Shown: positions 50,413-60,221, counted from the stretch's first letter. The stretch is DNA of 64,000 bases from Candidatus Stercoripulliclostridium sp. (GCA_045577735.1 JAZNIY010000008.1:201088-265087), one strand, 5' to 3'. Numbers and translations are program-made. The notes: generated by a model not told the origin, from the sequence alone.

Positions 50413-50538
50413 TTGTCAACCCTTTTTTACAAATTTTTTGGGGAAAAATTAAAAAAATAGTGGTAAAAGTTTGAAAATTTGCTTTACAAGTTAGTTTATT
50501 ATATATATAATATTAAAGCATTTGTAGGCAACTATAAA

Positions 50539-50582
50539 TCCTTGTTCTACCCTAGGGTAGAGCCATAAGTCCAAAAGGAGGT
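50539..50582 (+). ncRNA. rpsF leader (S6:S18-binding cis-regulatory RNA)
   Basis: TCCTTG-[CTACC-CTAG-GGTAG hairpin]-AGCCATAAGTCCAAAAGGAGGT. The anti-SD pairing and CCR loop match the Bacillota S6:S18 leader pattern. Confidence 0.75.
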
Positions 50583-50590
50583 AAAATAAT

Positions 50591-50875
50591 ATGAACAAAT
50601 ACCAAGTTTTATTCATCATCGAAAATGGTATTGAAGACGAAGCGAAAGAAGCAGTTATCACTAAATATACTGACCTTATCGAAAGTCTTGGCGGTTCTGT
50701 AAGTATGGTTGATAAGTGGGGTACCCGCAAGTATGCATATCCTATCAACTACAAAACCGAAGGCTACTACGTTCTTGTTCAATTCGAAGCTGCTCCCACA
50801 GTTCCTGAAGAACTCGACAGACAAATGAGAATTAACGAAAACATAGTTCGTCAAATGATCACCAGACAATTCTAA
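50591..50875 (+). CDS. rpsF: 30S ribosomal protein S6
   Basis: WGTRKYAYPI..EGYYVL motif; rpsF-ssb-rpsR synteny. Confidence 0.97.
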   Translation: MNKYQVLFIIENGIEDEAKEAVITKYTDLIESLGGSVSMVDKWGTRKYAYPINYKTEGYYVLVQFEAAPTVPEELDRQMRINENIVRQMITRQF

Positions 50876-50888
50876 TAGGAGGAGTGTT

Positions 50889-51314
50889 ATGAACAAAGTT
50901 ATTCTTATTGGTAACCTTACCAAAGATCCCGAACAAACCTACACCCCTTCAAACATTTGCGTTTGCCGTTTCACTGTAGCCGTTAACCGCTCCTATTCCA
51001 GCCAAAATGGTGACAAGCAAACCGACTTCTTGCCCGTAGTTTGCTGGCGTAACCAAGCCGAAAACTGCGCAAAGCACCTCAAGAAAGGTTCTAAAGTTGG
51101 CGTAAGCGGATCTATCCAAACCCGCACCTATGATGACGCTAACGGCGTAAGAAGATACGTTACCGAAATCGTTGCAGACGAAGTACAATTCCTCTCCACC
51201 CGTAATGACGGTTCCGACGACCTTCCCGAAATCCCCGAAGCTCGCGAAACCAGGAGAGCACCCAGAGTGGAAGATGCACGTCCCATCGCAAGTGAAGACG
51301 ACCTTCCCTTCTAA
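50889..51314 (+). CDS. ssb: Single-stranded DNA-binding protein
   Basis: MNKVILIGNLTKDPE at the start and DDLPF at the end. Confidence 0.97.
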   Translation: MNKVILIGNLTKDPEQTYTPSNICVCRFTVAVNRSYSSQNGDKQTDFLPVVCWRNQAENCAKHLKKGSKVGVSGSIQTRTYDDANGVRRYVTEIVADEVQFLSTRNDGSDDLPEIPEARETRRAPRVEDARPIASEDDLPF

Positions 51315-51338
51315 TTTTAGAGTATAAGGAGTATAAAT

Positions 51339-51638
51339 ATGGAAAATAAGACTGCTAAACCCGCAAGACCTGCTGGAAAGCGTGCACCTAAAAAGAAAGT
51401 TTGCCCCTTTTGCGTAAACAAGGTTGATGAAATCGATTACATCGCTCTTGCAAAAGAAATCGAAAAGTCCTCCGAACGTAGCTATAAAGACGGCGAAAAG
51501 CGTCCTCGCTATATCGCTGAAAAAGGCAAGATTCTTCCCCGCCGTATGTCCGGTGTTTGCGTAAAACATCAACGCGCACTTGCAACTGCAATTAAACGCG
51601 CACGTATAATGGCTCTTCTTCCTTTCAAAGGCGAATAA
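51339..51638 (+). CDS. rpsR: 30S ribosomal protein S18 (Zn-ligand type, with an internal insertion)
   Basis: CPFC...[28 protein letters not shown]. Confidence 0.95.
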   Translation: MENKTAKPARPAGKRAPKKKVCPFCVNKVDEIDYIALAKEIEKSSERSYKDGEKRPRYIAEKGKILPRRMSGVCVKHQRALATAIKRARIMALLPFKGE

Positions 51639-51663
51639 AAACCATTATTTTGGCACTAGCCAT

Positions 51664-51831
51664 AGGAAAAACAAGTCCCACTCGGTCGTTTACGAAAAGT
51701 AAAGTCCCGTCGTGGGACTTTTATTTTTTCCGTCGGTTAGTATCCAAACTAATGGTTTTTATTTACATACTATAAGTTAGCAGAGTCCCGTCAGGTGGCT
51801 TTTTTGTTTTGCTCGTTTTTCATCTTAACTA
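51664..51831. repeat. Nested-hairpin intergenic repeat (family 2), about 1.5 copies
   Basis: AAGTCCCAC-TCGGTCGTTTACGAAAAGTAAAGTCCCGTC-GTGGGACTT, then a partial copy AGTCCCGTCAG...TTCATCTTAACTA resembling 30795-30843. Confidence 0.8.
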
Positions 51832-51952
51832 GCGTGTTTTAAGAGGATTAATAAAGATAGAAGCCATGAAGAAAGTCCTAATTTTGAGGAATTGACAGTC
51901 AAAAGAAAAGATGATATTATTAAAATATAAACAAAAGTAGGAGGACAAAAAA

Positions 51953-52333
51953 GTGATTGACTTTAACAAAAGTGGATTTTTTGCAAGATTAAAGAAAGTA
52001 GATAATGGAGAATTTAGCGCTATCATTAATGATTTTTTGATTAGTGGCGAAAGCATAGTTGGCTCTTATCAAAGCGTAAGAGATGGTATTGTTTTTACAA
52101 ACAAGAGAATCATTACGATAAATGTTCAAGGTATAACTGGAAAGAAAAAAGATTTTACGTCTATTCCATATAGCAAGATTGCAACCTTCTCTTTAGAGAC
52201 GGCTGGGGTGTTTGATATGGATGCAGAACTTGAAATATACTTACCATCAATAGGTAAAGTTCATTTTGAATTTACTGGAAGAACAGATGTTAAAGAGATT
52301 TGTAAAATGATATCCACATATGCGTTAGCATAA
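51953..52333 (+). CDS. Bacterial PH-domain protein
   Basis: RDGIVFTNKRII.NVQGITGKK...FSLETAG.FD.DAEL; GTG start with RBS. Confidence 0.88.
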   Translation: MIDFNKSGFFARLKKVDNGEFSAIINDFLISGESIVGSYQSVRDGIVFTNKRIITINVQGITGKKKDFTSIPYSKIATFSLETAGVFDMDAELEIYLPSIGKVHFEFTGRTDVKEICKMISTYALA

Positions 52334-52353
52334 TATAGGCTATATTAAAAGTA

Positions 52354-52390
52354 AAAGACCGTTACTCAGTAATAACGGTCTTTTTTTCTT
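52354..52390 (+). terminator. Rho-independent terminator
   Basis: AAAAGACCGTTA...TAACGGTCTTTTTTT. Confidence 0.85.
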
Positions 52391-52400
52391 TGGTTTTTGA

Positions 52401-52613
52401 GTTTTTAATATTTACTTATATATCTTATACAGTCGAGTTTTTTCTTTTCTTGGGGACAGCTTAGTCAGAGTCTTAAAATGGCATAAAGAAGCTGGTAAAC
52501 CCTTTGTTACCGACCTTATTGGGCAACTTGGTACGCTACTTACCTTTGGAAGTATTGCAAGTTTCCTTGTTGGCGCCGTAGTGTTTAAAAAGGATGAAAA
52601 AAATAGCTATTAA
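52401..52613 (+). pseudogene. Headless remnant of a membrane protein gene
   Basis: Open frame with no start codon, ending ...DLIGQLGTLLTFGSIASFLVGAVVFKKDEKNSY*, followed by its own terminator. Confidence 0.5.
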
Positions 52614-52765
52614 ATAAAAGGCTCACGGAAACGTGTGCTTTTTTGTGGTTAAATGTTTGAGCGTGCGCCTAAAATTCCATTTTAGATATTGATTATTATA
52701 AAATAAAGAATTATAATAAATCTAGCGTGCGCGCAAGACATAATTTAATTATATATGAGGTAGAT

Positions 52766-53713
52766 ATGGATTATTCTAAATGTTATTACAAAGGTCGTTA
52801 CGTTTATAGCGCAAGGGAATATTTGGATGCTATGAAAGCAAATTACTTTAACCTTGCATACGATCCTAAAAACAGGGAAAAGATGCTCGAAGAAATAGAA
52901 AGAATTATGAACTATAATTCCAGCAAAGATATATTTGCCCTTGCATATCTTTTGTTTGATGCGGGAACGGAGTCAAGCTATGACAGAGCCTATAACTGTT
53001 TGGATATAATCGTTAGTTGGGACTATGCTCCTGCTAAATATCTATTAGGACAAATGTACTTTTTGGGCGCAAGAGTAGACAAGGACGTAGACAGATTTTT
53101 CGAGCTAACCCAAGAGGCGGCAAAAGACAATTTTATACCCGCTAAAAATGCTTTGGCATATGCCTATTTTAACGGATATGGCTGTAAAACCGACCACGCA
53201 AAAGGTCGCAAGTTGCTCCAAGAATGTATCGATACCGCTAATTACGGCGTAGCATATTACAACGCCGGCGTAGGCTATATGCAAGGCTCTTTTGGCTATC
53301 CTAAGGATGAGAGAAAGGCACTTTCTTATTTCCAAGAAGCATCCTACCAATATTACAAATCAGCATCCTACAATTTGGGAATAATGTATCTTGAAGGTAA
53401 GGGATGCACTAAAAACATCCAAAAGGGACTCCAAGAATTGTCGGCAGCCGCAAGTCTTGGACATTTGAAATCCCAAAAGAAACTGGGTGACGCCTATTAT
53501 TTTGGCAAGATAACCACCAAAAACCTTGAAAGAGCCTATACCTATTACCTCATGGCGGCGGAAAACGGCGATCCCTACTCCATGTATAGCGTCGGCTACA
53601 TGATCGTCAAAAAGGAATATATGTGGGTTGACCGATTCGAGGGTATCAAGTGGCTACAAAAGGCGTCGTATAAAGGGTATGAGGCGGCAACCAAACTACT
53701 CAATAACTTGTAG
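52766..53713 (+). CDS. Sel1-like repeat protein
   Basis: Repeated A..LG.MY..G.G..K pattern; RBS GAGG before 52766. Confidence 0.88.
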   Translation: MDYSKCYYKGRYVYSAREYLDAMKANYFNLAYDPKNREKMLEEIERIMNYNSSKDIFALAYLLFDAGTESSYDRAYNCLDIIVSWDYAPAKYLLGQMYFLGARVDKDVDRFFELTQEAAKDNFIPAKNALAYAYFNGYGCKTDHAKGRKLLQECIDTANYGVAYYNAGVGYMQGSFGYPKDERKALSYFQEASYQYYKSASYNLGIMYLEGKGCTKNIQKGLQELSAAASLGHLKSQKKLGDAYYFGKITTKNLERAYTYYLMAAENGDPYSMYSVGYMIVKKEYMWVDRFEGIKWLQKASYKGYEAATKLLNNL

Positions 53714-54154
53714 ACTTTGTTTTTTGGCGAATTAGTTAGAAAAATGGGAAAATTTACTTAGTCATTTACGCTTAGTAAACTCCTTGCGTAAATTTTCCCT
53801 TTTCCGTCCTACTTCATCCAAAAACCAAAGTCTACCGAGGTCTAGGAAAAGTAAGAGGGTACTCAAACTGAATAACAAGGTTTTTTGGCGAATTACTTTG
53901 TCAAAGGCAAATTTTCTCAAGGCGCAGTAGGTCAACTACAGCAACCTTTCTAAAATTTGCCTTTTCCTCGTACTTCATCCAAAAACCAAAGTCTATCGTG
54001 GTCTAACACTAGTAAAAACGCGTTATTTTAGCGAACAACTTCACAAAACTAAAAATCTCCCTACGGGTCATGTACGCCTAGTACACTCCCCTTGGGAGAT
54101 TTTCTTTTTGTTCGTATCTCATCCAAAAAACAAAGTCTATCAGAGACTTAACAC
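53712..54154. repeat. Three tandem nested-hairpin units (family 2)
   Basis: Each unit runs TTTT(GG/AG)CGAA...TCATCCAAAAA(C/A)CAAAGTCTA. Unit 1 is closed by AGACTTTG/CAAAGTCT. Confidence 0.85.
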
Positions 54155-54182
54155 AGACAAAAATAAGAAAAAAACTAAAATT

Positions 54183-54375
54183 TTTCCTTGTGAACGTAGC
54201 AACGCGTAGTGAAGCCGTTCCGCGTTCCGCGCTCCGCACTCCGCACTTTCCAAGTCCAAACTAACACGTTTTTAAGAGGCTAGTCAATGGTGAGAACATA
54301 TTAAACCTTTTCCTTGTGAGTGAAGCGTAAGCGTAACGAAGCCGTTCCTCACTCCGCGCTCCGCACTCCGCACTT
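54183..54375. repeat. Two ~66-bp direct repeats with CTCCGCA heptamers
   Basis: TTTCCTTGTGA...GAAGCCGTTCC...TCCGCGCTCCGCACTCCGCACTT at ~54183 and ~54309. Confidence 0.8.
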
Positions 54376-54731
54376 AACAACATCCAAAAACCAAAGCCTA
54401 CCGTGGTCTAACAAAAGAAAGAGAGAAAAAATCAAACAACACGGTTTTTTTGGGGAATGGTTAGAAAAATACAACGTAAATACTAGTAAGAGATTTATGA
54501 AAGCCTTGTTATATGTTTAACAAGGCTTTTTTAATAGTTTAACGCATCACCCTCCTTAATGGGCAAAGGGAGTAATAAAGAGGGAGCATTTTCACGCTAA
54601 AAACCTAAAAAAGAGTGAATAAAATTTAAAATATTGACATATATAAAATTCTATACTATAATTAATTTGTATTTGCGGGCATAGAAAATGCTTAAAATAT
54701 TTTGTTAAAGTTGTAAACGGAGGAGGAAATT

Positions 54732-55544
54732 ATGTTTTACGTACAAATGTGTTCATCGATTGCATATTTTCAAGTGCGTCAAAAAGAAGGGTATAGAAAA
54801 TACTTGAAAATTATTGATATTATTTGGAATATCAGTTTTATTTTTTGCTTGTTTTTCTATTTCAATAAAGCCTTTGGCTGGAACATTCTAAACGTTAGTG
54901 ACAATATTTATGACATTATCTTAATAGGCATTACCGCTTTTACCTCACTGTTCTTTATATTAAGAAGCATAGATAATCTTAATAAAGATTTGAGAGGATT
55001 GAGAAAAACGAGAGATCACAAAAAACTCTTCACTTGGAGCATAGTGTCTTTGCCCATTGCTTACGTGGTTACTTTATTGTTTGGTCTTACCTTATCTATT
55101 GTCGCCGGCTTTAATACAGCTTTAACTGTTGCCACAATGGCTGTTTCATTACAAATGCCATTGGTAATAGTAGAATTATTTTTCTACAACTCTTTTAGAA
55201 AAAGACAAAAAGAGTTCGTAGAGTATCATGGGGGTCCCTTAAGTAGGACTAAGTATGATGAATATTATGTGAAAGTGGCAGAACAAAACAAGTTTAAGAG
55301 TTGCGCCAGCATTTTGCCCATAATAATCGAAGTTGCGATGGCTATATTTGTTATAGTGTTCCTAGTTATGCCCCTTGTTCAGAATGTGGATATAAGCGCA
55401 ATAAAGGGTTCGTTGCCCAAAAATTTGCTAAAAGAAGGAAGCTTAATTGGACAGGCTACGGAGTTGTTGCTCTTTGCTACAACGATTATAGATTTTTTCA
55501 AAAAGAATTTGCCTAGAAAGAAAAAAGAGAAGAAAAACGATTAA
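54732..55544 (+). CDS. Hypothetical multi-pass membrane protein
   Basis: RBS AGGAGG, several TM helices, own promoter (TTGACA at 54635) and terminator. Confidence 0.7.
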   Translation: MFYVQMCSSIAYFQVRQKEGYRKYLKIIDIIWNISFIFCLFFYFNKAFGWNILNVSDNIYDIILIGITAFTSLFFILRSIDNLNKDLRGLRKTRDHKKLFTWSIVSLPIAYVVTLLFGLTLSIVAGFNTALTVATMAVSLQMPLVIVELFFYNSFRKRQKEFVEYHGGPLSRTKYDEYYVKVAEQNKFKSCASILPIIIEVAMAIFVIVFLVMPLVQNVDISAIKGSLPKNLLKEGSLIGQATELLLFATTIIDFFKKNLPRKKKEKKND

Positions 55545-55599
55545 ATCAAAACAACTTAAACGGGCTCCGAGGGGGCCCTTTTTGTTGGGGAGATAAATG

Positions 55600-55628
55600 T
55601 TGCAAGTGCGCGCGCGTTGTGATAAAAT
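55600..55628 (+). promoter_or_regulatory. sigmaA promoter with a (GC)n spacer
   Basis: TTGCAA-gtgcgcgcgcgttgtga-TAAAAT. Confidence 0.65.
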
Positions 55629-55659
55629 AGGGGTGAGTTAGTATCATTTGGAGGGTTAT

Positions 55660-57975
55660 ATGCGCTTTTTAGCAAATATCGTTTCCTATATCTATATAGC
55701 AATAGCCTTTCTTACTTCGCTGTTCTCTTGGGGGGAGGGTGAAATGATGCCTTTTAGAAATATTTATGACCTGTCGAGTGCGCTCCCTGAGTATCAAACG
55801 CTGAGCTGTGACGAGAAATCCGATTGGCAAGCAAAATGGATTTGGAATAAGGATGACCTTGAAGAAAAGAATACGTGGACGTGCTTTGTAAAGAGGGTGA
55901 ATGTTGAGAGCGTGCCTCAAAATCTTGTTGCACACATCTCTGCCGACTCCAAATATTGGCTTTATATCAACGGACAAAACGTTGTCTTTGAGGGTAGCGT
56001 TAAGAGGGGCGAGGGCTTTGGATATTATGATAGCATAAATATTGCTCCTTACCTAAAAGAGGGGGAGAACGCTATTTGTGCCCTCGTGTGGTTCTGGGGA
56101 AGCGAAAAGAACTACTCCTATTCTTCCAGTGGTCAAGGGGGCTTTATCTTTGAAGCTATTGGGGAAACCAGCATACTTTCCGATAATAGTTGGAAGGTGA
56201 AAAAGAACGGCGCATATCTTGATAGTGCCTTTAATCAGCCCAATTATAGGCTTCCCGAGTACAGTATACGTTACGATGCAAGGGAGGAAATAGGGGACTG
56301 GACAAGCGAGTCTTTCGACTCTTCCTCTTGGGAGAGTGCAACCGAGTACGCTAAGGGTGGCGAAGGGGTATACGGAAAGTTATATGCTAGAGGTATACCT
56401 ATGCTCAAGGACTTTGGGCTTAAAGATTACGAAAATGGCAAAGAATACGAAAACCACACCGTAAAGAAGGTGGGTGGGGAGAAAATAACCCTTGATATCC
56501 CCTATAACGCACAGTTTACGCCTTACTTGAAGATAATTGCACCCAAGGGTAAAAAGATAACCATCACCACGGAAAACACCTTTATAACGGGTGCCGTATC
56601 TACTACGTACGTTACGAAAGAGGGCGAACAAGAGTTCGAAGCCCTAGGCTGGATGAACGGCGAGCACGTTACCTACAAGATACCCAAGGGTGTTACGATA
56701 ATAGCGCTAAAATATCGCGAAACGGGGTATAATAGCGAGTTTTCGGGTGATTTTAGGTGTGACGATGAGTTTATGAACACCTTGTGGCAAAAGTCACTCC
56801 GTACACTTTACGTCACGATGCGTGACAATTTTATGGACTGTCCCGACAGAGAAAGGGCACAGTGGTGGGGCGATGCCACAAGCGAAATGATAATGACCAT
56901 GTACTCTATGGACACTAATTCCTACCTACTCTACCAAAAAGGTGTCGATGCAATGTTAAAGCACGTCGGCGATGACAACGTGCTCCAAACCGTCGTGCCC
57001 ATTAGTGGGGATTACTTTGAACTTCCCGTTCAGCAACTTGGTGGTATAGTTGGCTTCTTGACTTATTACGAATACACCGGCGACAAAGCCTTTCTTGAAA
57101 GGGTATATCCCTACGCACTAAACTACTTGAAACTTTGGGAAATGGGTGAAAATAACCTTGTTAAGCATCGTGAAGGCTCTTGGGACTGGCCGGACTGGGG
57201 CAAAAAAGCCGATATGACGGCAATAGAAAACGCTTGGGTATACTATGCTCTTTCTAGCGTTGAGGAAATGGCAAATGTACTTAAAAAGGGAGAAGACCTA
57301 CCCTTTATTACCTCAAGAAAGAGCGCGATATACGAAGGATACAAGGCGCTTTGGACAGAAAGTGGATACAAGAGCAAGGACGTAAAGAAACCCGATGACA
57401 GAGCAAACGCCCTTGCCGTTCTATCAGGACTTGCCAACGAAAAGCAGTATGATACCATTCTAAACGTGCTGACAACCACAAAAAACGCTAGCCCCTATAT
57501 GGAATATTACGTCTTGGAAGCACTCTGTAAAATGGGCAAATACCAAGAAGCAACCGCTAGAATTAAAGAGCGTTACGAGGATATGGTAGAGGAAGATTAC
57601 TCCACGCTTTGGGAGTTTTGGAACTCTTGGCAAGGCACGATGAACCACGCTTGGAGTGGTGGCCCACTAGTTATAATGAGCAAGCATCTCGCCGGTATTA
57701 CTCCACTAGAGGCTGGCTACGAACTTGTTGAAATAAAACCCCAGTACGACCTCTTTGGGACTCTAAACTGCACCGTTCCCAGTGTTAAGGGGTTAATCAC
57801 TTTGAAGTACGAAAATCAGTACGGCAACCAAATGATAGACCTCACTTTGCCTAGTGGCACAACGGCAGTTTTGTACGCGCCCACAAGTGGCATCGTTACG
57901 GTAAACGGAGAGTTATACTATCGCAACGGAGAGTATATAAACGGCGCAACCAACGTTGAGGTCGTTCAACAATAA
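55660..57975 (+). CDS. GH78-family alpha-L-rhamnosidase-like glycosidase
   Basis: ISADSKY.LYING, DCPDRERAQWWGD, TLWE and NHAWSGGP motifs. Confidence 0.85.
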   Translation: MRFLANIVSYIYIAIAFLTSLFSWGEGEMMPFRNIYDLSSALPEYQTLSCDEKSDWQAKWIWNKDDLEEKNTWTCFVKRVNVESVPQNLVAHISADSKYWLYINGQNVVFEGSVKRGEGFGYYDSINIAPYLKEGENAICALVWFWGSEKNYSYSSSGQGGFIFEAIGETSILSDNSWKVKKNGAYLDSAFNQPNYRLPEYSIRYDAREEIGDWTSESFDSSSWESATEYAKGGEGVYGKLYARGIPMLKDFGLKDYENGKEYENHTVKKVGGEKITLDIPYNAQFTPYLKIIAPKGKKITITTENTFITGAVSTTYVTKEGEQEFEALGWMNGEHVTYKIPKGVTIIALKYRETGYNSEFSGDFRCDDEFMNTLWQKSLRTLYVTMRDNFMDCPDRERAQWWGDATSEMIMTMYSMDTNSYLLYQKGVDAMLKHVGDDNVLQTVVPISGDYFELPVQQLGGIVGFLTYYEYTGDKAFLERVYPYALNYLKLWEMGENNLVKHREGSWDWPDWGKKADMTAIENAWVYYALSSVEEMANVLKKGEDLPFITSRKSAIYEGYKALWTESGYKSKDVKKPDDRANALAVLSGLANEKQYDTILNVLTTTKNASPYMEYYVLEALCKMGKYQEATARIKERYEDMVEEDYSTLWEFWNSWQGTMNHAWSGGPLVIMSKHLAGITPLEAGYELVEIKPQYDLFGTLNCTVPSVKGLITLKYENQYGNQMIDLTLPSGTTAVLYAPTSGIVTVNGELYYRNGEYINGATNVEVVQQ

Positions 57976-57987
57976 GGTAGGAGAGAA

Positions 57988-59154
57988 ATGAAAGTTAATA
58001 TTTTCCCACTAGTATCTAGTTTGCATAACGAAAGCAAGATAAACGAAAACACCGCAAGACTACTAAGTGAACTTATGAGCACGGGCGAGTTGGAGTTTAG
58101 GATTACGCCTATCGAAGAATTGTACGATGGCGACCTTGCTCTCATTCTCGTTCAGAGTGGAGGTAGCGAGGGCTTGTTTTTGGAGCGATTTAATAGCTTG
58201 AAAGCACCATTCTATTTGCTCACTTATGGCAATAATAACTCCCTTCCCGCTTCCCTAGAAATACTTTCATACCTTAAGGACAACAACCTTGAGGGAGAGG
58301 TGTTGCACGGCTCTAACGCTTATATCGTAGGGCGCATTAAGGAGCTAACAAAATGCGAGGCAACTAGTAGACTGGGTGTTGTGGGTAAGCCCAGTGATTG
58401 GCTTATTGCCAGCAACGTTAACTATGCAACTGCAAAAAGATTGCACGGCGTGGAACTTGTAGATATCCCAATTGAAAGGGTGATTGGCGACTACCATTAC
58501 CAAGAGAGCGTCAACGATGGGGGATTGAGCTTTAACTACGACAAGGCAGAACTTGACAAGGCGTTAAGGCTACACAAGGTGCTGGAATCCTTAAAAGAGG
58601 AATACAACCTTTCGGGCTTGACGATAAGGTGCTTTGACCTTCTTGGTACCATTGGCACTACGGCTTGCCTTTCCCTAGCCCTCCTAAATCAAGAGGGCAC
58701 GGTTGCCACTTGCGAGGGCGACGTTCCCACGATGATAAGCATGGAGATACTTTCCAAAATTTTAGGAAAACCCAGCTTCCAAGCAAACCCAAGTAGAATA
58801 GACGTAAAGGGCAATAAAATAGTTTTTGCTCACTGCACTCTTCCCCTAAATATGGTTAAAGATTACTACCTTGACACCCACTTCGAGTCGGGAATAGGGG
58901 TAGCAATAAAAGGATACTTGAATGAGGAAAGGGTAACCATATTTAAGCTTAGCAGAAACCTAAAAGACTACTTTGTGACAACCGGAACTATTGTTAGAAA
59001 CCTTGAAGAAGACAACCTTTGTCGCACCCAAATAGAGGTAATGTTGGACGAAGGAACGGAGTATTTTCTAACAAGGCCCTACGGCAATCACCACGTTATT
59101 CTTTACGGCGACCACAAAAAGGAAATTGTGGAATATATGCAAGGAATAAAATAG
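57988..59154 (+). CDS. L-fucose/L-arabinose isomerase superfamily protein
   Basis: TIRCF, TCEGD, FAHCT, THFES, CRTQ and GNHH motifs. Confidence 0.75.
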   Translation: MKVNIFPLVSSLHNESKINENTARLLSELMSTGELEFRITPIEELYDGDLALILVQSGGSEGLFLERFNSLKAPFYLLTYGNNNSLPASLEILSYLKDNNLEGEVLHGSNAYIVGRIKELTKCEATSRLGVVGKPSDWLIASNVNYATAKRLHGVELVDIPIERVIGDYHYQESVNDGGLSFNYDKAELDKALRLHKVLESLKEEYNLSGLTIRCFDLLGTIGTTACLSLALLNQEGTVATCEGDVPTMISMEILSKILGKPSFQANPSRIDVKGNKIVFAHCTLPLNMVKDYYLDTHFESGIGVAIKGYLNEERVTIFKLSRNLKDYFVTTGTIVRNLEEDNLCRTQIEVMLDEGTEYFLTRPYGNHHVILYGDHKKEIVEYMQGIK

Positions 59155-59206
59155 CAAACCTTAAGCACGACGTGATATACAACAAAAGCACCTAACAGGG
59201 TGCTTT

Positions 59207-59395
59207 TTAATCTTCCAATTCTAAAATATAATCCGTTGTAACCTTATAGAATTTTGCAAGCTTTATAAGGACGTCAATGGACAACTGCCTTTTCTCATTT
59301 TCATACTGAGAATAGGTGTTTTGTTTTACGTTCAAATATTTTGCAACGGCTTGTTGAGTGAAGCCATTTTCTTCTCTTAATTCCTTTAGCCTCAT
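59207..59395 (-). CDS. XRE-family HTH regulator
   Basis: RLKELRE...TQQAVA..L.V...TYSQYE. Confidence 0.88.
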   Translation of the reverse strand: MRLKELREENGFTQQAVAKYLNVKQNTYSQYENEKRQLSIDVLIKLAKFYKVTTDYILELED

Positions 59396-59409
59396 ATTTT
59401 TAGTATATT

Positions 59410-59456
59410 ATATCTCATAAAGAGATATTGACATATATCTCAAAATGTGATATTAT
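59410..59456. promoter_or_regulatory. Paired operators over divergent promoters
   Basis: ATATCTC-N5-GAGATAT (59410-28) and ATATCTC-N5-GTGATAT (59435-53); TTGACA-17-TATTAT. Confidence 0.7.
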
Positions 59457-59489
59457 TTATATATAAAGCACAAGGAGAAAGAAAATTTC

Positions 59490-60221
59490 ATGGCAAAAAA
59501 AGGATTAAGTGAACAATACAAACATAAGCAGTCAAAGCTATTACAACAAAAAATAGAGAAAGAAGAACGAGAAAGTCATTATGACTTTTGGATAGTAAAT
59601 AAATATATTTCAAGTGGAGAATTGAAGTGGGTTAAAGACAAAGATTTCCATAATGCATTGTTAGAGAGGGAAAAGACGGGCGCTTCCTTGAGCGATAAGT
59701 GTATCCTTCAGATGTATTTAAAATTGAGAAAATCATTTGGTTGGAAATATTTAAGAACGGAAGAAGAGAAAGAATATATCACACAAACTTATAGTACACC
59801 CACGATGATTCATGAGAATATATTTGGAGATTATGAAGTGATGGGTGGCGAACGAGAGAGCACTATACCATACTGGCATACGTGGGATGTTTACTATAGG
59901 GACCCTAGAGAATATGGTAATTATGAAAGATTGGTGGAATTAGAAAATGCTGCATTGGATGAGTTTTTTGCCTTTGTGTCATTAGGGTATGTTAAATATC
60001 CAATTTCTGCTTTTTTTCTGTATGGTAATGGTTTTGATATACTATACGATAGTTTTTTATATTTCTTGTTGGGAATAGGAATGCTATTAACCATGCCTAT
60101 TAGTATAATAATATATAGTGTTAAAAATAGGTTTTATAGACAATATAGAAGAGCGGTCAAACAAATAAGAAAACAAGTAAAGGAAGAGGGATTGTTAAAT
60201 AAAACAATAGACAGCAAATAA
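59490..60221 (+). CDS. Hypothetical protein with a C-terminal TM helix
   Basis: 243 aa, RBS AAGGAG, terminator at 60225-60253. Confidence 0.7.
   Translation: MAKKGLSEQYKHKQSKLLQQKIEKEERESHYDFWIVNKYISSGELKWVKDKDFHNALLEREKTGASLSDKCILQMYLKLRKSFGWKYLRTEEEKEYITQTYSTPTMIHENIFGDYEVMGGERESTIPYWHTWDVYYRDPREYGNYERLVELENAALDEFFAFVSLGYVKYPISAFFLYGNGFDILYDSFLYFLLGIGMLLTMPISIIIYSVKNRFYRQYRRAVKQIRKQVKEEGLLNKTIDSK

Noticed and set aside
50949..51572. Long antisense ORFs here and over secA, ftsH, the ATPase and the repeat protein
   Set aside because: These are shadow frames of well-supported genes with biased codon usage; they have no RBS or recognisable motifs.
53712..54410. Possible CRISPR array
   Set aside because: The repeats are degenerate, the period is irregular (~140-165 bp), the 'spacers' are themselves homologous hairpins, and there are no cas genes.
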